Below are positions 57,659 to 64,000 of a stretch of 64,000 nucleotides of DNA, in pieces. Source of the DNA: Minisyncoccota bacterium. GTDB taxonomy: Bacteria > Patescibacteriota > Minisyncoccia > JAHIHE01 > JAGLIN01. The DNA is taken from NCBI GenBank assembly GCA_041661265.1, contig JBAZUT010000003.1, forward strand, positions 15,191 through 79,190, given 5' to 3'. Within the stretch, counting starts at the first letter, position 1, and each line of letters opens with the position of its first letter. Below the pieces are notes generated by a model. The model was not told where the DNA came from, did no database searches, and saw nothing but the letters and a program-made list of their open reading frames with translations. The position numbers and the translations under genes were made by a program.

Positions 57659-58912
57659 ATGGAACAGAAACAATTTATCATGGCGATCAACCAGATCTGC
57701 GATGAAAAAGGAATTCCGAAGGAAAAAGCAATGGAGATAGTTGAAGCTGCTCTTGCTGCCGCATATAAAAAAGATTACGGCAAAAAGGGGCAGGTTATCA
57801 CGGTAAAATTTGATGAGAAAACCGGAGGTATGGAAGTTTATCAGATCAAAACCGTTGCGGAAGAAGTTCCCGAAGGCGAGATCGAAGATGAATCTGAATC
57901 CGTTGAGGCTGATGAAAAAAGCGATAAAAAGAGATTCAATCCGGACAAGAATATAACTGTCGAGGAAGCAAAGAAATATCTCGATGATCCGAAGATTGAC
58001 GATGAAGTCAGGATCGAACTTCCGGTACATACTGAATTCGGTCGAATCGCAGCTCAGACTGCAAAGCAGGTCATGATACAAAGAATAAGAGAAGCTGAAA
58101 AGGAGGCCATATTCAATGAATTCAAAGACAAAGAGGGCGAAGTTGTGAATGGGATCGTACAGAGAATTGAAGGACGAAATGTTTTTGTCGACGTTGGCAA
58201 AGCGATCGGGGTGATCTATCCGATGGAACAGATATACGGAGAACATTACAGGATCGGTCAGAGACTGAAGGTATATATCGCGAAGATCGACAAAGAGACA
58301 AAAGATTCCAATCTCGTATTGTCGAGAACAAATGCAAATATCATAAAAAAAATGTTCGAGATCGAAGTGCCTGAGATCAGCAATAAAACCGTCGAGATCA
58401 AGTCGATCGCGAGGGAAGCTGGATCGAGAACAAAGATAGCGGTAACATCAAATGAAGAGGGAATTGACCCCGTAGGTTCATGCGTGGGTCAGCGTGGATC
58501 AAGGATTCAGACCATAATAAACGAACTTGGGGGCGAGAAAATTGATATTATTGAATGGAATGAGAATGTCAAAAAGTTCATTCAGCACGCACTTTCTCCG
58601 GCCAAGGTGTCTCGAATTGATATCGACGAAAAGACAAAATCCGCAATGGCTTTTGTTGCGGGAGATCAGTTATCGCTTGCGATCGGAAAACAGGGACAGA
58701 ATGTCCGGCTTGCAGCAAAGCTGACCGGCTGGAAGATCGATGTTGTTGAGAAAAGAGAAAGCGACACCGAGAATGAGAGCAAGCAGGAAGCCGCTAAGGC
58801 CAACGATGACGTGGCGGTAAAAAGCGAAAAAACGGAAGCACCTGAAAAAGACGAAGAAAAGTCAGATGAGTCGAAGAAAAAGAAGAGAAAAAGCAAAAAA
58901 AATGCGGAATAA
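57659..58912 (+). CDS. nusA: transcription termination/antitermination factor NusA
   Basis: 'GIPKEKAMEIVEAAL...S1 domain...KH domains 'GSCVGQRGSRIQ'. Acidic and basic tail. Confidence 0.85.
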   Translation: MEQKQFIMAINQICDEKGIPKEKAMEIVEAALAAAYKKDYGKKGQVITVKFDEKTGGMEVYQIKTVAEEVPEGEIEDESESVEADEKSDKKRFNPDKNITVEEAKKYLDDPKIDDEVRIELPVHTEFGRIAAQTAKQVMIQRIREAEKEAIFNEFKDKEGEVVNGIVQRIEGRNVFVDVGKAIGVIYPMEQIYGEHYRIGQRLKVYIAKIDKETKDSNLVLSRTNANIIKKMFEIEVPEISNKTVEIKSIAREAGSRTKIAVTSNEEGIDPVGSCVGQRGSRIQTIINELGGEKIDIIEWNENVKKFIQHALSPAKVSRIDIDEKTKSAMAFVAGDQLSLAIGKQGQNVRLAAKLTGWKIDVVEKRESDTENESKQEAAKANDDVAVKSEKTEAPEKDEEKSDESKKKKRKSKKNAE

Positions 58913-58963
58913 GTATTTGAAGGTCTGTTTTGGGTTTAATCAAATAATAACATAATCAAAAAA

Positions 58964-61045
58964 ATGAGTACGACAATCGCAGAAGGAGCTTTAAGCGGGA
59001 ATACCTTACTGTATTCTGCTCCGGTAGCCGCTATGATCGGTTTAGCGGTCGCAGTATATCTTGTTTATTATATTATGAAGCTTGATGCCGGGACTGACAG
59101 AATGAAGCAGATCGCATCGGCTATTCAGGAAGGTGCAATGGCATATCTGAAAAGACAATACAAGACCGTTGCTATAATCGCAGCTATATTGTCGGTCGTA
59201 ATTGCCATTGCCATTAACGTCGAAACAGCGATCGCATTTGTGATCGGAGCGGTTATGTCCGCAGGCGCAGGATTTCTCGGTATGAGTATTTCAGTAAGAA
59301 GCAATGTGAGATGCGCAAACGCTGCAAAGGGAGGTATGAAAAAAGCTCTCGATGTAGCATTTAAGGGTGGCGCGGTTACAGGATTGTCGGTTGCAAGCCT
59401 TGCACTTCTCGGTGTCAGCGGTCTTTTTATATTTTTTGGAGCCAATGAAGGAGCTGTGGAAAAGATCGTAGGATTCGGTTTCGGCGCTTCGCTTATCAGC
59501 CTTTTCGCCAGGATAGGCGGAGGGATCTTCACTAAAGCGGCTGATGTCGGTACGGATCTTGTTGGAAAAGTTGAGGCGGGAATTCCGGAAGACGATCCAA
59601 GAAATCCCGGAGTCATTGCGGACAATGTCGGCGATAATGTCGGCGATTGCGCGGGTATGGCAGCTGACCTATTTGAGACCTATGCGGTCACTGCGCTTGG
59701 CGCAATGCTCATCGGAGTCACGGTTATCAGCACATATCCGAATGCGATCATATACCCCTTGGTCCTCGGTGCGGCTGCGATAATCGCTTCGATCGTCGGC
59801 ATATTTTTTGTAAAACTCGGAAGATCCGGGAATATCATGGGCGCGATGTATAATGGTGCGATCATTGCAGGAGTTATATCTCTGCTGTTCTTTTATGAGA
59901 TAACTGTAGTTTTGATGAAAGGTGATATGAATTTATTCATCAGCGCTCTTGTAGGTCTTGGCGTGACAGCGGCAATGATCATAATCACTGAGTATTATAC
60001 TTCAACGGAATACGGTCCCGTCAGAGCGATCGCAAATGCTTCGGTTACCGGCCCCGGAACGAATGTTATCACGGGCCTTGCTGTCGGACTTCAGAGCACT
60101 GCATTGCCGGTGCTGGTGATATGCGCAGGAACATTGATCTCATATACTGTTATGGGAGGCGGAGTGCTTGGTCTATATGGCGTTTCCGTTGCAGCGGCAG
60201 CAATGTTGTCTGTTACGGGTATAATTATCGCTATAGATTCATATGGACCTATAACTGATAATGCCGGCGGAATTGCGGAAATGGCTGAATTATCCAAAGA
60301 GGTCAGGGACATAACCGATCCATTGGATGCTGTCGGAAATACGACAAAGGCGGTAACAAAAGGTTATGCGATCGGTTCAGCCGCGCTTGGCGCACTTGCG
60401 CTATATTCGGCATATAGCAGCGAGATAACGAAACTGAGCGGAGGAGTGCCATTGGAATTAAAACTTTCGGATCCCATGGTGCTTGTCGGGTTGCTTATCG
60501 GAGGCATGATACCATTCCTTTTCGCCAGCTTTCTGATGGGCGCAGTTGGAAGAGCCGCGACAACCATCGTTACGGAAATAAGAAGACAGTTTAAAGAAAT
60601 TAAAGGCATAATGGATGGAACCGGAAAACCTGATTATGGACGATGTGTTGACATTGTTACAATAGCCGCTCAGAAAGAAATGATAATTCCGGGACTGCTT
60701 TCCGTACTTTCTCCGCTCGTGGTCGGTTTCATTCTCGGTCCGGTGGCATTGGGGGGCCTTCTTATTGGCGTGATCATTTCGGGTCTCTTGCTTGCTCTCA
60801 TGATGACGACTGGAGGTGCTGCATGGGACAACGCAAAGAAATACATCGAATCAGGTCATCTTGGAGGCAAGAAATTGCCGGATGGAAGCAAAAACCCGAC
60901 GCATGCAGCCGCTGTTGTGGGTGATACGGTCGGAGATCCGACAAAAGATACAGCAGGCCCCGCGATCAATCCGTTGATCAAAGTAATGAACATTGTTGCC
61001 ATATTATTCGCTGCTGCCATACTGAAATACCATATCTTCGGATAG
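58964..61045 (+). CDS. hppA: membrane-bound ion-translocating pyrophosphatase
   Basis: '[22 protein letters not shown]' and multiple TM helices. Confidence 0.9.
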   Translation: MSTTIAEGALSGNTLLYSAPVAAMIGLAVAVYLVYYIMKLDAGTDRMKQIASAIQEGAMAYLKRQYKTVAIIAAILSVVIAIAINVETAIAFVIGAVMSAGAGFLGMSISVRSNVRCANAAKGGMKKALDVAFKGGAVTGLSVASLALLGVSGLFIFFGANEGAVEKIVGFGFGASLISLFARIGGGIFTKAADVGTDLVGKVEAGIPEDDPRNPGVIADNVGDNVGDCAGMAADLFETYAVTALGAMLIGVTVISTYPNAIIYPLVLGAAAIIASIVGIFFVKLGRSGNIMGAMYNGAIIAGVISLLFFYEITVVLMKGDMNLFISALVGLGVTAAMIIITEYYTSTEYGPVRAIANASVTGPGTNVITGLAVGLQSTALPVLVICAGTLISYTVMGGGVLGLYGVSVAAAAMLSVTGIIIAIDSYGPITDNAGGIAEMAELSKEVRDITDPLDAVGNTTKAVTKGYAIGSAALGALALYSAYSSEITKLSGGVPLELKLSDPMVLVGLLIGGMIPFLFASFLMGAVGRAATTIVTEIRRQFKEIKGIMDGTGKPDYGRCVDIVTIAAQKEMIIPGLLSVLSPLVVGFILGPVALGGLLIGVIISGLLLALMMTTGGAAWDNAKKYIESGHLGGKKLPDGSKNPTHAAAVVGDTVGDPTKDTAGPAINPLIKVMNIVAILFAAAILKYHIFG

Positions 61046-61104
61046 TTGAAATAATACTATCGCAGAATAGGCAATATTAACGACTGAATTAACTAAAATA
61101 ATGC

Positions 61105-61521
61105 ATGAGTAAAAAAACGAAATTCAGCAATACTGCATATTTGTTGTTATCATTGTCGTTTTTATCGGCCATAATCTATGACGTAAGAATAGTATCTATC
61201 GAACAAATAAGCGAATATTTCGGTTTTATTCCCTATATTCCATATTTATTTATTTTTACGATTATCGTTTCGCTATTCGCATCTCAAAAAATAATCGATC
61301 TTTATGAAAAAAGTGCAATGTCGTATTGGGAAGACCTTATCTTAATATTCCCAAGTATTATTATTACGCTGATTTCATATTCGTTATTATTTTCATTTCA
61401 CATTATTTCTTTCGAAATAGCCTCAGACAAAATGGTATATCTGTTTATGTTTTGGTTTTTTGTTTATAAACTCGGAATAAGTGCTAAAATACATAGAAGA
61501 GAAGACCTCTCAGATAAATAA
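61105..61521 (+). CDS. hypothetical membrane protein (138 aa)
   Basis: Four predicted TM helices. Confidence 0.4.
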   Translation: MSKKTKFSNTAYLLLSLSFLSAIIYDVRIVSIEQISEYFGFIPYIPYLFIFTIIVSLFASQKIIDLYEKSAMSYWEDLILIFPSIIITLISYSLLFSFHIISFEIASDKMVYLFMFWFFVYKLGISAKIHRREDLSDK

Positions 61522-61545
61522 TTAAATTACTAAATAATAAATATA

Positions 61546-62835
61546 ATGAAAATATCGGTTAAAAAGCTTCCAAAGTCATTGGTCGAAATATCGGTCGAGG
61601 TCGGGAGCGAAGAGATGTCTAAGAATATGGATGCTTCAGCGAAGAAAATGGCGGCGGCGGGTACATTTGACGGTTTCAGACAGGGAAAAGCTCCGGTTGA
61701 TGTCGTTTATCAGAGGATTGGCAAGCAGAAGATATTTGAGGATGCTGTTCAGACGACGATCGAAAGATCATATGGCAGCGCGGTAAAAGACAATAAGCTG
61801 ATCCCGATCGGTTATCCGAAAGCTGAGATCAAAAAAGCGGCTATCGGGAATGAGCTGATCTTCGATCTTGTTGTAACTGTACTTCCGGAAGTTAGATTGG
61901 GAGATTATAGCAAGATAAAAGGAAAGGCAGAGGCGAAAAAAGTTACAAGCGAGGACGTTGAAACTGAGCTTAAGGCGCTGCAAAAAAAACGCGCAAAATA
62001 TATCACAAAAGAAGAGCCGGCTTCAAAAGGCGACAGAATTGAGATCGATTTTGAGTCGAGGTTGAACGGCGTAAAGGTTGAGGGCGGAGAAAGCAAGAAT
62101 CATCCATTGGTTCTTGGCAACGGGATGTTCGTTCCAGGTTTTGAAGATAATCTCGCGGGCATGAAGAAAGATGAATCGAAAGAATTCAATATTATATTTC
62201 CAAAGGATTATTATAAAAAAGAGCTTGCTGAAAAGAATGTGAATTTCAAAGTTACTATGAAGCTGGTTCAGAAGGTCGAGCTTCCGGAGCTTAATGATGA
62301 GTTTGCGAAGTCTATCGGTAAATTTGACACTCTCGAAATCCTCAAAAAGAACATTGAAGAGGGGATCAGCATGGAGGAGAAAATGAAAGCAAAAAATGAG
62401 ATCAGAAAAAAACTTATCGATGAGATCGTTGAATCGTCTAAAACCGAGATCCCGGATGTTTTGATAGAGTCGGAAAAGGATAATATGATTCATGAATTGG
62501 AACATAATGTATCTCATATGGGAGTTGAGTTCGACATATACCTCAAAAGTGTGAATACGAGCATAGAAAAATTACGGTCCGAATGGTCCGAGCAGGCTGA
62601 GAAAAGAGTTAAGGCGAATCTTGTGATTGGAGAGATCGCCAAAAAAGAAGAAATAAAAGCTACTGAACAGGAGATAGAAGAAAAGGCGAACGAAACGCTG
62701 AGATGTTATCCGAACGAGGAAGAAGTGAGAAAAAAAATAGATATAAACAAGTTTAAAGACTATATTGCAGGAACTATCATAAATGAGAAAGTTTTTGAAC
62801 TCCTGGAAGACATCGCACAAAGGAATGCCAAATAA
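61546..62835 (+). CDS. tig: trigger factor
   Basis: N-terminal ribosome-binding domain 'FDGFRQGKAP' and central FKBP-like domain. Upstream of clpP. Confidence 0.85.
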   Translation: MKISVKKLPKSLVEISVEVGSEEMSKNMDASAKKMAAAGTFDGFRQGKAPVDVVYQRIGKQKIFEDAVQTTIERSYGSAVKDNKLIPIGYPKAEIKKAAIGNELIFDLVVTVLPEVRLGDYSKIKGKAEAKKVTSEDVETELKALQKKRAKYITKEEPASKGDRIEIDFESRLNGVKVEGGESKNHPLVLGNGMFVPGFEDNLAGMKKDESKEFNIIFPKDYYKKELAEKNVNFKVTMKLVQKVELPELNDEFAKSIGKFDTLEILKKNIEEGISMEEKMKAKNEIRKKLIDEIVESSKTEIPDVLIESEKDNMIHELEHNVSHMGVEFDIYLKSVNTSIEKLRSEWSEQAEKRVKANLVIGEIAKKEEIKATEQEIEEKANETLRCYPNEEEVRKKIDINKFKDYIAGTIINEKVFELLEDIAQRNAK

Positions 62836-62859
62836 AAAAAATAGGCAAGCACGTTTTTA

Positions 62860-63078
62860 TTATGCTTCCCTATATGAAACGCCCGAAATATCATTGATAT
62901 GGACCCATCCTTTGTGAGTCTGGTATTTGTTAGCGTCGAGCTTGAGATAGACTATGTTGTTTTCGATTTTTAATATGACGCCTTCCAGTTTATGGCCCCC
63001 GGACAAAAGCAGGGTTATATCAAACTTATTGCTTGCGAGAGCCTTGAGTTCTTTCAATGCAGTTTTGGTTGCTTTCAT
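62860..63078 (-). CDS. small conserved protein (72 aa), possibly Veg-like
   Basis: Internal Met of the 164-aa track ORF, which otherwise overlaps clpP. RBS GGAGGA 7 nt upstream. 'LLLSGGHKLEGVILKIENNIVYLKLD'. Confidence 0.45.
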   Translation of the reverse strand: MKATKTALKELKALASNKFDITLLLSGGHKLEGVILKIENNIVYLKLDANKYQTHKGWVHINDISGVSYREA

Positions 63079-63213
63079 TCGATTATCCTCCGTATCGATA
63101 AAAAGAACGTAACACAACTTAATTAATTTGTCAATAGCATGTTTTGTAATAAACATTGAGTGAGCGTATGTAGTTTTATAAAAATACACTTTAAATAAAA
63201 TAAAATAAATAAT

Positions 63214-63789
63214 ATGAATCTGATACCAACAGTCATTGAAAAGACGAATTATGGAGAAAGAGCTTATGACATATATTCCAGGCTTCTGAAGGAAAGGATC
63301 ATTTTTCTGGGCGGCCCGATCGATGATAGTGTGGCAAATACGATCATCGCGCAACTCCTATTCCTGGAAAAACAGGATCCGAAATCCGATGTGATGTTTT
63401 ACATAAATTCTCCAGGAGGTGTTGTGACCTCGGCGCTGGCGATCTATGACACCATGAACTATATCAAGTGCGATGTCTCGACGGTTTGCGTCGGCATGGC
63501 AGCTTCGGCAGCATCGCTGCTTCTTTCAAGTGGAGCGAAAGGAAAGAGACTTATCCTTCCAAATGCCGAGGTTTTGATCCATCAGGTGATGGGTGGCGCT
63601 GAAGGACAAGCAAGTGATATCGATATTTCGGCGCGACACATTCTGAAAATGAAAGAGAGGCTGAATAAGATCCTGGCGCACAACACGGATCAGCCGATCG
63701 AGAAGATCGAGAAAGATTCGGACAGGGATTTCTACATGACCGCGGAAGAAGCTAAGAAATACGGGATCGTGGATAAGATATTGAAATAG
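63214..63789 (+). CDS. clpP: ATP-dependent Clp protease proteolytic subunit
   Basis: '[18 protein letters not shown]...[11 protein letters not shown]' Ser-His-Asp triad context. Confidence 0.95.
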   Translation: MNLIPTVIEKTNYGERAYDIYSRLLKERIIFLGGPIDDSVANTIIAQLLFLEKQDPKSDVMFYINSPGGVVTSALAIYDTMNYIKCDVSTVCVGMAASAASLLLSSGAKGKRLILPNAEVLIHQVMGGAEGQASDIDISARHILKMKERLNKILAHNTDQPIEKIEKDSDRDFYMTAEEAKKYGIVDKILK

Positions 63790-63838
63790 ATTTAGAGGAC
63801 GCATATGCGTCCCTAGTTTAAAATGTTAGTTAAAAATA

Positions 63839-64000
63839 ATGAAATATAAATTCAATGATCTATTTGATGAAAGTGATGGAACTTTAATGCCCAAAAAAAC
63901 TATTAAATTAAAATCCGTTACTCTCAGTCCATCAATAACCTTTAAAAAGGGAGTCTCATTTAGCGGAATAGATATATTTGATTTTAAAGATATGGATATT
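63839..64000 (+). CDS. hypothetical protein, N-terminal fragment (continues past window end)
   Basis: Open frame from ATG 63839 to the window end. Not clpX-like. Confidence 0.25.
   Translation, partial: MKYKFNDLFDESDGTLMPKKTIKLKSVTLSPSITFKKGVSFSGIDIFDFKDMDI

Noticed and set aside
62860-63354. 164-aa minus-strand ORF from the six-frame track
   Set aside because: Its 5' half overlaps clpP on the other strand and has no RBS. An internal Met with a GGAGGA RBS gives a plausible 72-aa gene (62860-63078), which is reported instead.

Overview
This is an AT-rich, gene-dense bacterial chromosomal segment. The phylum cannot be decided from sequence alone. The operon layout (rpsP-KH-trmD, ftsA-ftsZ, tig-clpP, nrdD-nrdG) resembles low-GC small-genome bacteria.

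Most of the window is housekeeping. Recognisable genes are topA, dprA, pth, an LCP-family protein, lepB, hisS, a HIT protein, rpsU, yqeY, ybeY, dgkA, ftsA, ftsZ, nrdD/nrdG, comEC (in two genes), a CYTH protein, ndk, smc, rpsP, a KH protein, trmD, gpmI, nusA, a membrane pyrophosphatase, tig and clpP. Biosynthetic content is a LeuA/CimA-family synthase with an aminotransferase, and a prephenate cluster made of a TyrA-PDT fusion plus two additional PDT paralogs.

I found no transposase, no integrase, no CRISPR array and no standard tRNA or rRNA gene.

The features that are not routine are, in order of interest:
(1) Four paralogous small-RNA-like elements, each a promoter, a conserved core and an intrinsic terminator, at about 2.57, 7.27, 11.49 and 13.56 kb. 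Each sits upstream of a cluster of small ORFs, and two of them flank a 4-gene small-protein cassette.
(2) A candidate RNA of about 370 nt between dprA and pth, carrying two tandem 143-nt repeats. Each repeat has a hairpin with CCUCC in the loop (AGGAGG on the other strand). A consensus promoter lies antisense to the dprA start.
(3) An isoleucine-rich leader peptide (IISIII) with an attenuator terminator upstream of the LeuA/CimA-family gene. This points to a citramalate synthase under Ile attenuation.
(4) A tightly packed 4-gene operon ending in an 809-aa PEP-utilising-family protein whose domains are permuted (His-swivel domain before the ATP-grasp domain), followed by a dGTPase-like HD protein.
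(5) An nrdD that lacks the whole C-terminal glycyl-radical domain although nrdG is intact.
(6) A tRNA-like element with a canonical 3' half and a Leu-like 5' half separated by about 45 extra nucleotides.
(7) The rimM slot of the rpsP operon filled by an AT-rich HExxH metalloprotease-like gene.
(8) A cluster of paralogous small hydrophilic proteins inside a hairpin-rich 2-kb stretch with little coding.
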